A stretch of DNA of 64,000 bases from the IMG/VR virus record IMGVR_UViG_3300027631_000014, positions 12,809-76,808 of that record; one strand, given 5' to 3'. The number at the start of each line of letters is the position of its first letter. Positions within the stretch are counted from its first letter, which is position 1. Shown piece by piece: positions 10,146 through 21,500 of this stretch. Source of the DNA: a virus. Under the pieces are notes generated by a model. It made no database searches, was not told where the DNA came from, and worked only from the letters and a program-made list of their open reading frames with translations. Position numbers and translations under genes: made by a program.

Positions 10146-11876
10146 ATGGCAGAAACTTTAATATCACCCGGCGTCTTAGCAAGAGAGAACGATTCATCTT
10201 TTGTATCTAAAAGACCGGTTACAGTAGGAGCAGCAATTATAGGACCAACAGTAAAAGGCCCAGTAGAAGTTCCAACAGTAGTAACTACGTACAATGAGTA
10301 TGTTAATAAATTTGGTACCACTTTTGTAAGTGGAAGCACAAATGATAGCCAAACATATACATTTCTTACTTCAATTGCTGCATACAATTACTTTATTAAT
10401 GGAGGTCAATCCTTATTAGTGGCAAGAGTAGTATCTGGATCTTATACAGCGGCTACTAGTTCAGCTGCAACAAATTACTTTACTTCATCTTCTTTTACAT
10501 TACAAACGCTTTCTGAAGGTGCTTTAATGAATAGTAGTTGTACCGAAGTTAGTGGTGCATTATTAGCAAGTGGATCTAAAGACAACGTAAGATGGCAAAT
10601 TGTAAATTCAAATACTTCATCAGGAACATTTGATTTATTAATTAGAAGAGGTGATGACAATTTATTACAACCTGTTATTTTAGAAACATGGACTGGATTA
10701 AATTTAGATCCTAATTCAAATAACTACATTTCTCGTGTAATTGGAGATACAGTTGAAAATTATGTAGCAGGAAACAATTATGATATTAATCAAATTGAAT
10801 ATTCTGGTTCATATGCTAATAGATCAAATTATGTAACTGTAAAACAAGTAATTTATACAACTCCAAATTTCTTAGATAATAATGGAGTAGCAAAATCACA
10901 GTTTACAGGTTCTATTCCTACGAATGCAAGTGGTGCTTTTGGTGGTGCAGTTGGTATTATTAAAGGTGGAGCTAATTTTTATGATAAAATTGACGAATCT
11001 ACAAATTCACAAGGATTAGTAGCAGATAATTATGACAACATGATTAATTTGTTAGCTAATACTGATGACTATAAATTTAATGTATTATTAACACCTGGTT
11101 TATATGATCAAGGAAATTTCGCAGGTAAAGTAAGTACTATTATTGCAAATACTCAAAATAGAGGAGACAATATTTATGTATTAGACCCAGTAGGATATAG
11201 TGTTAGTACTATATCAAGTGTAGTATCTGCAGCCGCAACAAGAAATACTTCATATGCAGCAGAATATTGGCCTTGGTGTCAAGTTGTTGAACCTAGTACA
11301 GGTGATAACGTATGGGTTCCAGCTTCAACAGTAATAGCAGGTGTTTACGCTTACAACGATACAGTAGCAGAACCTTGGTTCGCACCAGCAGGTATTAATC
11401 GTGGTGGTTTATCTACAGTGATTAGAGCTAAATTAAAATTATCTCAAACTCAACGTGATACTTTATACACAGGAAAATTAAATCCAATCGCTACATTCCC
11501 TGGAACAGGTGTTGTAGTATATGGTCAGAAAACATTACAAACAGCAGCATCAGCTCTTGATCGTGTAAATGTTAGAAGATTATTAATTGCTTTAAAATCA
11601 TATATTTCTCAAGTAGCAAATAATTTAGTATTTGAACAAAATACAATTGCTACAAGAAATCAATTCTTATCACAAGTGAACCCATATTTAACAAGTGTTC
11701 AACAAAGACAAGGATTATATGCATTTAAAGTAGTAATGGATGATACAAACAATACTCCAGATGTAATTGATCGTAATGAATTAAGAGGTCAAATTTACTT
11801 ACAGCCTACTAAAACAGCTGAATTTATTTACTTAGATTTCAACGTTACACCAACTGGAGCTAGCTTCCCAGCATAA
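10146..11876 (+). CDS. Tail sheath protein (gp18-like)
   Basis: ISPGV..RE.D, PWFAPAGINRG, RVNVRRLL, PTKTAEFI motifs. Confidence 0.95.
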   Translation: MAETLISPGVLARENDSSFVSKRPVTVGAAIIGPTVKGPVEVPTVVTTYNEYVNKFGTTFVSGSTNDSQTYTFLTSIAAYNYFINGGQSLLVARVVSGSYTAATSSAATNYFTSSSFTLQTLSEGALMNSSCTEVSGALLASGSKDNVRWQIVNSNTSSGTFDLLIRRGDDNLLQPVILETWTGLNLDPNSNNYISRVIGDTVENYVAGNNYDINQIEYSGSYANRSNYVTVKQVIYTTPNFLDNNGVAKSQFTGSIPTNASGAFGGAVGIIKGGANFYDKIDESTNSQGLVADNYDNMINLLANTDDYKFNVLLTPGLYDQGNFAGKVSTIIANTQNRGDNIYVLDPVGYSVSTISSVVSAAATRNTSYAAEYWPWCQVVEPSTGDNVWVPASTVIAGVYAYNDTVAEPWFAPAGINRGGLSTVIRAKLKLSQTQRDTLYTGKLNPIATFPGTGVVVYGQKTLQTAASALDRVNVRRLLIALKSYISQVANNLVFEQNTIATRNQFLSQVNPYLTSVQQRQGLYAFKVVMDDTNNTPDVIDRNELRGQIYLQPTKTAEFIYLDFNVTPTGASFPA

Positions 11877-11888
11877 TAAAAAATAAAT

Positions 11889-11919
11889 ATCTTCCCTCTG
11901 AAAAATGAGGGGAGATTTT
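11889..11919 (+). terminator. Probable intrinsic terminator after sheath
   Basis: atcttccctc / gaggggagat stem followed by a short T run. Confidence 0.55.
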
Positions 11920-11959
11920 AAAAACACACATATTTATAATAAAATAAAACAAAAATAAA

Positions 11960-12448
11960 ATGGCAATATTAGACCCAAACGAAATATTTTTCACAGCATT
12001 TGAACCGAAAGTAAAAAATCGATTCATTATGTATGTTGATGGTATTCCTTCATACACAATTAAGAAAATTGGTGCTGTAGGAGTAACAATGGACGAAATT
12101 AAATTAAATCACATTAATGTTTACCGTAAAATTAAAGGTAAAGCACAGTGGGATGATATCGAAATGACTTTATTTGATCCTATCACACCATCAGGTGCTC
12201 AAGCTGTAATGGAATGGGTACGTTTACATCATGAATCAGTTACTGGTCGTGATGGTTACTCAGATTTTTATAAGAAAGATGTAACTATTAACGTATTAGG
12301 CCCTGTAGGTGATATCGTATCAGAATGGATTATTAAAGGTGCGTTTATTAAATCTGCTAAATTTGGTGATTACAGTTGGGATGATGAAAATGCAGCTCAA
12401 GAATTATCAGTAAATTTAGGAATGGATTATTGTATCTTGAATTTCTAA
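11960..12448 (+). CDS. Tail tube protein (gp19-like)
   Basis: FEPK..NRF, W.DIEMTLFDPI, YKKD..INVLGPVGDIVSEW..KGAF; follows sheath. Confidence 0.9.
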   Translation: MAILDPNEIFFTAFEPKVKNRFIMYVDGIPSYTIKKIGAVGVTMDEIKLNHINVYRKIKGKAQWDDIEMTLFDPITPSGAQAVMEWVRLHHESVTGRDGYSDFYKKDVTINVLGPVGDIVSEWIIKGAFIKSAKFGDYSWDDENAAQELSVNLGMDYCILNF

Positions 12449-12471
12449 AATTAATAAAAAACAATTTAAAA

Positions 12472-12504
12472 GAACTCACCTTAAACTTGGTGAGTTCCTT
12501 TTTT
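12472..12504 (+). terminator. Intrinsic terminator after tail tube, overlapping a GG-N19-TATATGTA promoter-like element
   Basis: gaactcacc / ggtgagttc stem followed by cttttttg. Confidence 0.75.
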
Positions 12505-12547
12505 GTTCGTATATGTATATCAAAACAAGTTACATTAAATAAAAGCT

Positions 12548-13267
12548 ATGGAAAAAAACATCCCAACAGAAATTATCGATTTACCTTCAAAAGGCTTATT
12601 GTACTCACCAGAAAATCCATTATCAAGTGGTCAAATTGAAATGTGTTACATGACCGCAAAACATGAAGATATTTTAACTAATCAATCCTATATATCAAAA
12701 GGAACAGTATTAGATAAATTATTACAAGCATTGATAGTATCTAAAATTAATTATAACGATTTAGTTACGGGTGATAAAAATGCTATTATGGTAGCTGCTC
12801 GTATTTTAGGTTATGGTAAAGATTATACATTTAATTATGATGGTAACGAATATACAGTTGACTTAACAACAATTGATAATAAACCATTTGAACATGCTAA
12901 TAAAGGTGTTAATGAATTCAATTATACTTTACCGTCTACTAACACAAACATCACTTATAAAATCTTAACTCATGGAGATGAACAAAAGGTACAAGCCGAA
13001 TTAGACGGCCTTAAAAAAATTAATGCTAATTCGTCTCCAGAACTTTCCACACGTTTAAAATACCTTATTACATCAGTAAATGAAGATCGAGAAACAAAAA
13101 CAATTCGAGAATTCGTTGACAATCATTTGCTAGCTCGAGATTCGAGAGAATTAAGAAAGCACGTTAAAGAAAACCAACCAGATGTTGATTTAACTTTTTT
13201 TCCCACCAGTGATTCAAATAGAGTCGATATACCAGTTGGGATTAAGTTTTTTTGGCCTGACTTCTAG
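12548..13267 (+). CDS. Tail/baseplate-hub assembly chaperone (gp26-like)
   Basis: LPSKG..Y, MTAKHEDIL, RILGYG motifs; ends FFWPDF; lies between tube and tape measure. Confidence 0.75.
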   Translation: MEKNIPTEIIDLPSKGLLYSPENPLSSGQIEMCYMTAKHEDILTNQSYISKGTVLDKLLQALIVSKINYNDLVTGDKNAIMVAARILGYGKDYTFNYDGNEYTVDLTTIDNKPFEHANKGVNEFNYTLPSTNTNITYKILTHGDEQKVQAELDGLKKINANSSPELSTRLKYLITSVNEDRETKTIREFVDNHLLARDSRELRKHVKENQPDVDLTFFPTSDSNRVDIPVGIKFFWPDF

Positions 13268-13568
13268 TACTGCAGCAATCTCTCGCGCTAATTTATTTAC
13301 TCAAATTCATGAAATTTGTTTTCATGGTAAGGGTGGATATGATTGGAATACAATCTATGAAATGCCTCGTTGGCTTCGTTTATTTACTTTTAATAAGATT
13401 AAAGAATTTTATGATAAAGAAAATGAAGCAACAGAAAATGCTTCCTCAAAAGGTGGTGGAAATAAATCTACACTAATAGATCCTTCAGGTAATGTAAATC
13501 GTGAAAATTGGAAAGGTGTACCTCAAAAGGTTACACCTGGAGCAAAATCTAAAACTTCCTACAAATAG
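13247..13568 (+). CDS. Second chaperone segment (gp51-like), probably reached by +1 frameshift
   Basis: LFTQIHEICFHGKGGYDWNTIYEMPRWLR lies upstream of the first in-frame ATG; overlaps the T7 run at the end of the previous gene. Confidence 0.6.
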
Positions 13569-13600
13569 TTAATATTTATAGTAAATAAATACCTTACAGA

Positions 13601-16054
13601 ATGGCTACCCCTCAGGATGAAATAAATGCTTTAAAAGCAAAAATTGAACAACAGCTTAAATCTAATGCACTTTCTGCTCAGCAAGTAGCAAACCAAACAG
13701 CATCATATAATGCTATATCAGGATCAGTTAATGAATTAGAAAGATATAGAACTCTTTTTAAAGATATTAGTGTTATTATTGATGATGTTGCCGATAGTTT
13801 AGATTTTATGACTAAATCATTTATGGCAGATGTAGCTCATTTAACTAAGGGTAAATCTCTTTTAAATGATCATAAATCAGCTATGAGTAAATTAGCTAAT
13901 ATAGCTAAAGAAACATTAGATGTAAGATTAGGAGAACAAGCTATTGATGAAAAGAGATTTAAAAAACTTCAAGAACAAGCTAGAAAACAAATAGATATTT
14001 TAAAATCTGTTAGAGATCAATATATAACAGAAGGAAAAAATACAAGTGAAATACAAGCTCAAATTGATACTACTGAAAATTTATATAAAGGTTTTTCAAA
14101 AGTAGAAGAAATTAATAAAAAACTCAATAAACAATTAGGAGCTGCTCCAAAATTAGTAGCAGGTATAGATAAAGCATTTCAAAAACTGGGCCTCCCAGAT
14201 TTGGGCTTTAGTACAGCTTTAGATGAAACAAAACAATTAGGTCAAGAGGCTGCGGCACAAGGAGATGAGGCTTTTAAGAAATTTTCCCCAATGAAAACCC
14301 TTACCGGAAAAATATGGGATAATTTTAAAGGAATGTTTACTACTGCCAATATTTTACAAGCAAGTATTGGACTTTTTATTGAAGCTCTTATTACTGGAGA
14401 TAAAGCCACTGGTGATTTAGCTAAAACATTTAATATAACATATGATTCTGCGACTAACATAAGAGAAGAACTTATAGAAATAGGCAACATCTCAGGTAAT
14501 GTAGCTTTAAATGCTAGAGCATTACAAGAATCAATGGTTGCTATAGGTGTAGCTTTAGGTTCAAATGCTAAATTAAATAAAGAAGATTTAATAACATTTA
14601 CTGAATTAAGAGAAATGGCCGGGTACACTAATGAAGAATTAGTAGGTATTCAAAAACTAACATTAGCAACCGGAGGTAATTTAAAAGATAATGTAAAACA
14701 GTTTTTAGGAACAGTATCTGCTTTAAATGCTCAAAATAAATTAACTGTAAATGAAAAACAATTATTAAAAGAAGTATCAAACACGTCAGCAGCTATTAAA
14801 TTGTCAGTTGGTGGAACAACTAAAGGCCTAGCAGAAGCGGCATTTCAAGCAAAACAATTTGGTATTAATTTACAACAAGCTGATCAAATAGCTGAAAAAT
14901 TATTAGACTTTGAATCTTCAATTACAAATGAATTATCAGCAGAATTAATTACTGGTAAAAATTTAAATTTAGAAAAAGCAAGATTATTAGCATTAAATAA
15001 TGATATAGCAGGTGCATCTGCAGAAATATTAAAACAAGTAGGAGGTACAGCTGAATTTACTAAAATGAATCGTATTCAACAAGAAGCTTTAGCAAAAGCA
15101 GTTAATATGAGTAGAGAAGATTTAGCAGCTTCATTAGTTGAAAGAGAAGCATTAAGTAAATTAGGAGTAAAAGACGCAGCAGCAGCAAAAGTAAAATTTG
15201 ACTTATTAGTTAAAGAAAAAGGATATGCAGCTGCAGTAGCAGAATTGGGTGATGATCAATATGCTAATCAATTAAAACAACAATCTATTCAAGAAAGATT
15301 TAATCAATCAGTTGAAAAATTAAAAGAAATATTTATTTCAATAGCAGAACCTGTACTTAAAATTGTTTCCCCATTAGTAGATTTAGTAACAAATGTATTA
15401 CCATTAATAAATTTTATTTTAACCCCAGCATTAGCTACTATTACGTATATAGGAGACAGCATTTCAGGATGGCTTACAATGTTTGATGGAGGTTTAAATA
15501 AATTAACTACAATGCAAAAAATTGTAGGATTTATTGGGACTGCTATTATAGCATGGAAAGCAGGAATGGTAGCATATAATGCGTATCAAGCAGTAGCAGC
15601 AGCTTTAACTGCATCTACTGCCGCAGGAGCTATGTCTACAGCTGCTGCTTTAACTTTGGGTTTAGGTTTAGCTACTATAATAGGAGGTATAATTATAGGG
15701 GTAGGAGCTATAAAATCCGCATCCAAAGACGCAGCAAGTGGAGCTGCCCAAGTACGTGATGGTGAAATTAATTCTAATGGAGGATTAGTAGTATCTAAAT
15801 TTGAAAAGGGACAACTACAACCTGTAGCTCAAGGTATTAAAGAAGATAATGTTATATTTACTACAAATAAAGTTAAACAAAATAATTCTACTTCACAAAA
15901 TTCACAACAAGACTTATCTCCACTTTTAGAAGAAATGAGAGCATTACGACAAGAGCAATCTAGATCAAACAGTAAGCCAATAATAGTAGATAGCTACACA
16001 GACAGTACTAAAACTGGAACGGCTACTGCAATGAGAAAAGTAAAAATTCAATAA
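13601..16054 (+). CDS. Tape measure protein
   Basis: 817 aa, helical and Ala/Leu/Gln-rich with hydrophobic C-terminal segments; follows the chaperones. Confidence 0.8.
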   Translation: MATPQDEINALKAKIEQQLKSNALSAQQVANQTASYNAISGSVNELERYRTLFKDISVIIDDVADSLDFMTKSFMADVAHLTKGKSLLNDHKSAMSKLANIAKETLDVRLGEQAIDEKRFKKLQEQARKQIDILKSVRDQYITEGKNTSEIQAQIDTTENLYKGFSKVEEINKKLNKQLGAAPKLVAGIDKAFQKLGLPDLGFSTALDETKQLGQEAAAQGDEAFKKFSPMKTLTGKIWDNFKGMFTTANILQASIGLFIEALITGDKATGDLAKTFNITYDSATNIREELIEIGNISGNVALNARALQESMVAIGVALGSNAKLNKEDLITFTELREMAGYTNEELVGIQKLTLATGGNLKDNVKQFLGTVSALNAQNKLTVNEKQLLKEVSNTSAAIKLSVGGTTKGLAEAAFQAKQFGINLQQADQIAEKLLDFESSITNELSAELITGKNLNLEKARLLALNNDIAGASAEILKQVGGTAEFTKMNRIQQEALAKAVNMSREDLAASLVEREALSKLGVKDAAAAKVKFDLLVKEKGYAAAVAELGDDQYANQLKQQSIQERFNQSVEKLKEIFISIAEPVLKIVSPLVDLVTNVLPLINFILTPALATITYIGDSISGWLTMFDGGLNKLTTMQKIVGFIGTAIIAWKAGMVAYNAYQAVAAALTASTAAGAMSTAAALTLGLGLATIIGGIIIGVGAIKSASKDAASGAAQVRDGEINSNGGLVVSKFEKGQLQPVAQGIKEDNVIFTTNKVKQNNSTSQNSQQDLSPLLEEMRALRQEQSRSNSKPIIVDSYTDSTKTGTATAMRKVKIQ

Positions 16055-16088
16055 TTATAATATTTATAAATAAATAAAAACATAACAC

Positions 16089-16361
16089 ATGGGACTTTTA
16101 GATAAATTAACAACAGCAGGCTCACCATATTCATATGGTAGTGGTACAACTCCAACCGTAAATCCAGGAGCAACACAACAATCAAAACTACATACTGATG
16201 GTAACCAACCAGGATATTCAATTAATGGATCTGGTTTTTCAACAGTAAATGCTGCATTTCAAGCGTATAACGATGGTGTAAACAATATTTTACCTCAACC
16301 GTCACAACTAGACTTAAGTGGAGTTACACCAGTACAATACACCGATAACCTACCAGGGTAA
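16089..16361 (+). CDS. Small virion-associated protein
   Basis: 90 aa, MGLLDKL start, preceded by ATATTTAT motif. Confidence 0.5.
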   Translation: MGLLDKLTTAGSPYSYGSGTTPTVNPGATQQSKLHTDGNQPGYSINGSGFSTVNAAFQAYNDGVNNILPQPSQLDLSGVTPVQYTDNLPG

Positions 16362-18211
16362 TGGCTCTTATAAATCTTCAAACTGATCTTAAATCTCTTA
16401 AGTTTGGTCATGATAGAATTGGTGGGGGTTCTTCAAATCAACCCTACATCACCTCTCCTATCCCTGACAAAATAGGAGAGTATGGCTTTTTAAACACCGA
16501 CTTTATATTAAGGGGTGGAAGTAAAGCTATAACTAACTCTCTTACAGATGTTGCGAGATTAGGAAAGTATTTTACTGATGTAAGAAATCCAAGTGGACTT
16601 TTATTTGTTGCCAAACAAAATTTACTTTCTAGAACAGCAGTTCGTACTCAAGCTAGTGGTAAATTATTAAATGAAGGAGTATATACTCCCTTAAGTACAT
16701 TAATTGAAGCAGGAGGTGTAGCATTTGGTTTACATGTTAACAAGCAAGGTTTAAATCCATTTGGTGGAATTGGAGGAATAAATACATATTCTGATTTAAT
16801 TAATCCTAATTTAGGATTTGTAACTTCTATTAAAAATGTAAATGTAAATAGATTAGTTAGTTTTTATAATTTAAACATAAAACAACTTAATTTAGACCCA
16901 ATTTTATACCAGTATGGTGGTGGACCTGGATCTGTACTTGGAATAGGTAAAACAATTATAAGAAAAGCTACTAATACTAATGAAGGATTACAAATATCCT
17001 TCCCACAGGCCTCAGATAATCAAGTAAAAATATCTAATTCAAAAATAAATTCAAATTTAACTAGACATGTTAGAGTTAGTGAAAAATATGAATTTTATAT
17101 AGATAGTTCATTCGACCCCCTTTTAGATAATGGTTTCTCAGATGATGGTAAATTAATCAGAATATTTGGTCCTTTAGATAATAATCAAACTTTCTCTACT
17201 AACCCAGATTTATTCAAATCAGATGATGTTCTTACTTATAATCAAGAACAATTAGTTAATATCCCTACAGATCCTAATAGTGCAGTAAGTGGAAGTTCAT
17301 TTTATGTAGGTGACGGATCAAAAGGAGCTACAACCACTCCAGGTGACTTTAGAGTTTTATTAAGAAAGAACTTAACTGATAATCAAAAAATTGAACAAAG
17401 AAAAATAGGAAATTTAGTAGAGGCTCCTGATTATACTACTAAAAATATTGAAACAAGAGTAAATTTAGGAGACCCAGGAAATAGAAACGGAAAAAATTTA
17501 ACATCATATACTCTAGGTTCAGCAGGACAAAATGGGGCGGCATCCCCAGACTCATATGATAAAATAACTGTACAACCAATATATTCATCATCCAAACCAG
17601 ATTTTACTGGTAAAGATACAAACGATTTAGTAAAATTTGCAATTACTGTTGTAGATAATGACGATCAATCAAAAAACACCAACATTCATTTTAGAGCATT
17701 TTTGAATACAATATCAGATCAATATTCCGCTGATTGGAATCCAACAAAATATTTAGGAAGAGGTGAAAACTTCTATACTTACGGTGGATTTGACAGAAAA
17801 GTTTCATTATCTTGGACTGTAGCTGCTCAATCCAAAAAAGAACTTATTCCAATGTATAAAAAATTAAATTACTTAGCATCAGTTTGTGCTCCAGATTATA
17901 GTGAACAGGGATATATGAGAGGAAATTTAGTTAAATTAACTATTGGAGGATATTTTTATGAACAGTATGGTATTATAACTGGATTAAGTTATGAAATGAA
18001 TGATGATAGTGCTACTTGGGAAATAGGAATTAATGATAGTTTTGATAACTTTAATAGTGACCCGTCAGTAAAAGAACTACCACATTTAATTAAGGTATCT
18101 TCATTTAACTTTATTCCAATTCATGATTTTGTACCAAGAAAAGTTCGAGCTTTAACAAATACAACTGAAAGATTTATAGCGTTAGAAGCAAATGGACAAA
18201 ATAATTACTAA
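16361..18211 (+). CDS. Baseplate/tail-tube initiator-like protein
   Basis: C-terminal FRAF...D.Y.A.W...YLGRGENFYTY.GF.R tube-fold motif; baseplate position. Confidence 0.6.
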   Translation: MALINLQTDLKSLKFGHDRIGGGSSNQPYITSPIPDKIGEYGFLNTDFILRGGSKAITNSLTDVARLGKYFTDVRNPSGLLFVAKQNLLSRTAVRTQASGKLLNEGVYTPLSTLIEAGGVAFGLHVNKQGLNPFGGIGGINTYSDLINPNLGFVTSIKNVNVNRLVSFYNLNIKQLNLDPILYQYGGGPGSVLGIGKTIIRKATNTNEGLQISFPQASDNQVKISNSKINSNLTRHVRVSEKYEFYIDSSFDPLLDNGFSDDGKLIRIFGPLDNNQTFSTNPDLFKSDDVLTYNQEQLVNIPTDPNSAVSGSSFYVGDGSKGATTTPGDFRVLLRKNLTDNQKIEQRKIGNLVEAPDYTTKNIETRVNLGDPGNRNGKNLTSYTLGSAGQNGAASPDSYDKITVQPIYSSSKPDFTGKDTNDLVKFAITVVDNDDQSKNTNIHFRAFLNTISDQYSADWNPTKYLGRGENFYTYGGFDRKVSLSWTVAAQSKKELIPMYKKLNYLASVCAPDYSEQGYMRGNLVKLTIGGYFYEQYGIITGLSYEMNDDSATWEIGINDSFDNFNSDPSVKELPHLIKVSSFNFIPIHDFVPRKVRALTNTTERFIALEANGQNNY

Positions 18212-18537
18212 TGAACAGATATCAGCCCGTAACAATTATTAAATCGGATAATAAACCGATATATCAAACTACTCGATACCCAGAAGTACCGTTGTCTGAT
18301 GAGGATACTTACGTTTATACGTCGCAAGGAGATAGATTTGATGTATTAGCAAATCAATATTATGGTGATCAATCGTTATGGTGGATTATATCTATTGCTA
18401 ATACAGCTATAGCAGGAACATCTTTGCCATCAGATTTAACTCAAGATTCATTAGTTATACCTGAAGGAATACAAATACGAATACCAGCAAATTATGTTGA
18501 GGTATTAAATAGTTTTAAACAATTAAATAGTTTTTAA
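18211..18537 (+). CDS. LysM-type baseplate wedge protein (gp53-like)
   Basis: GDRFDVLANQYYGDQSLWWII..AN...G.QIRIP. Confidence 0.8.
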   Translation: MNRYQPVTIIKSDNKPIYQTTRYPEVPLSDEDTYVYTSQGDRFDVLANQYYGDQSLWWIISIANTAIAGTSLPSDLTQDSLVIPEGIQIRIPANYVEVLNSFKQLNSF

Positions 18538-18540
18538 AAA

Positions 18541-21500
18541 ATGAATATATTAGGTGAAGGATTCCCAGACGCTATTATAGATCAAGTACACCAACGCCAA
18601 AAAAGATATGGGGCTGGATATACTGGTACTCAAAGATCAGCTGAAGAATTAGTATACTTAAATGCTAATACATCTTGGTGTAAATTAGTATCCTCAGTAG
18701 ACATTGAAGATATAAAAAATATTGTAAATCAATCTTTATCTGGTCTTCCTAATATGGTTGGTAGTAGTTTAGCCGAAAAATTTGTTTTGTTTAATGGAGT
18801 AAATGATGATGGTTCTGGTGATAATCAAAGATCAGGAGTGGCTAGCTCAAATACTATTTTAGGTTACAACAATGCTTATGGTATTGGAGGAAATGATTTT
18901 GGTATTCGTCCTATGATGGGTATCCAATCAGCTAATATCAAACACGAAAACAGAGGTTCAATAAGAAGAGCAACAGTAAAAATAAAAGCATTTAACAAAG
19001 TTCAATTTGATATTATAGATGTTTTATATTTAAGATTAGGATTTAGTATATTATTAGAATGGGGACATTCAATGTATTATGACAATAAAGGTGTATTACA
19101 AACCAATCCACAAAATAGTCTATCATCTGAATTTTTAACAGGGAAAGGACAAGGTATTTTTACCCCAACCCCAGGATCAAATAACCTAAAATCAGGAACA
19201 ACAACATATTTACCTTTAACTTATGAAGATTTTCTTAAAAAAATAGCAAGTCAAAAAATAAAATCTAACGGTAACTATGATGCTATGTTTGCTAAAGTTA
19301 CTAATTACCATTGGTCATTTTTACCTGATGGAAGTTACGATATAACTTTAGATTTAGTTAGTATTGGAGACGTAGTTGAATCTTTTAAAATAAATGCATT
19401 AGTAGATGGTTTAATACTTAATACAACCACTACTGGATTATTAGATCCAAATGCACGTGATGATGAAGTTATAGATTATTATGCTAGTAAAAATAGTATT
19501 GGTACATTTTTCTCTAACACTCTACTTAATGGAACTAGAACACAAATAGGAGGTAATGGTTTATCAATTCCTTCCGCCATAACAATTACATCAAATGAAA
19601 TTAGTACTGGAAAAATAGATGCATTAGTCATAACTTATAATTCATCTATTAATTTTAAATTATATGTAAGACTAGGAACGTTACTTCAATTTTTCCAACA
19701 AAAATTAATGTATCAAATTATAGTTGGTTCTATTTCTTCTCCGATGTTAAAATTTGATTATGATGAACAAAGTAATATAATGTATGTTAATGATATACAA
19801 GTTAGTGTTGACCCAAATGTTTGTGTAATTAATAGAACAATAAATATAAGTGGAACTGATTATTCTTTTGCACCCGATGCTGAACCATTTGAAGGAACAT
19901 TATTAGGTCCAAGTTATGGACAAATAATGAATATATATGTTAATATGAAGTGGATATTACTTAAAATGGATGAATTAAAGGATGCTAGTAGTAATAAAGT
20001 AGTTCTTATTGATTTATTAAATAATATATTATCTGCAATAAATAGCTCATTAGGAGGAGTAAATGCTCTAGAAGCAACTATAGATGACACTACTAATACT
20101 GTTATAATTAGGGATATGAATCCTCTTCCTAATACTAAATCTGTAATTGAGAAATTAAATGGGATAGGAAAATCAATTCCTGACAAATATGCATATTTTG
20201 ATTTATATGGATATAGTAAAGATGAACACCCTGTAAACCCATCAATATATAAAGATCCTACAGATCCTAGAAAAAATTTAGGTCATGCTTCATTTATAAA
20301 AGATTTTAATTTTACAACAGAAATATCTCCTGAATTATCAACTATGTTAACTATAGGTGCAACTGCTAATAGTAAAGTAGTAGGAGAAAATTCAACTGCA
20401 TTTTCAAAATTCAATATTGGTTTAAAAGATAGATTTAAAGAAGAAATAGGATACTTACCTCCATCTATTGGAGGGTTCAACATTGTTACAGCAATAACTT
20501 ATATCGACCCAGCAACTATAGCAAAGTTTAGTGCTGGACAACAACAACAATCTTTAATTGATGATTTAGCATTAAAATATGTTCAAAGTAAAAAAGTATT
20601 TGATGATTATTTAATAAATCTATCTAAGAGAATATATAATGGAGATGCTGAGACTTATAAAGATGCAATGACTAGCTATCTTAATTATTTAAATCAATTA
20701 AAACAAGCTATAGCTGTTAAATTAGCTATTCAACGTAACAAACCATTAAGTAGTATATTACCATCATTTGCACCAGGAACAGGATTCATACCATTTAATA
20801 TGTCTTTAACAATGGATGGATTGTCAGGAATGAAAATATATAGTAAATTTTTTGTCGATACAAGATATTTACCTACTAACTATCCAGACAATGCTGAGTT
20901 TTTAATAAAAAATATTGAACATAAAATAGAAAACAATAAATGGTTTACTACTATAGAATCAATTGTTATATCTAAAGGAGATATAGATCCAAAACAACTT
21001 ACCCAAGTAGTAAATATTGGAGGGTCAGGTGGAGGATCAGGTGGTGGATATGGAAATGGACAAATAACATACCCTTTAACACTTCAATTTACAACCCCAC
21101 CCCCATCAACTTTATTGTTCTCTAAATTTATATTTCCTGTAACAGGAACAATCACTAGTAAGGTTGGAGTAAGAGCTGTTCAAAATGGAGTACCAGGTAG
21201 TGATCAACATAGAGCAATAGATATAGCTGCCCCAAAAGGAACACCAGTATACAGTTCTACAGATGGAGTTGTATCCATAATAGGAGCTGGTGGGTATGGT
21301 CCAAATTGTGTTATTATAGAAATATTCCCACCACACGCTTTACCACCTGTTGCTCAAAAATGGTATATTATTTATGGTCATATGGATACTTCAACAGTAA
21401 CTGTGGGAACTAGAGTAGTGGCAGGTCAACAAATAGGAACAGTAGGAGATAAAGGTAGTCCTGGAGCGGAACATTTACATATCCAGATTAGAAATATTCT

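Noticed and set aside
13195-13212. Classical -1 frameshift at T TTT TTT
   Set aside because: The -1 frame reaches TGA within a few codons; only the +1 frame is productive
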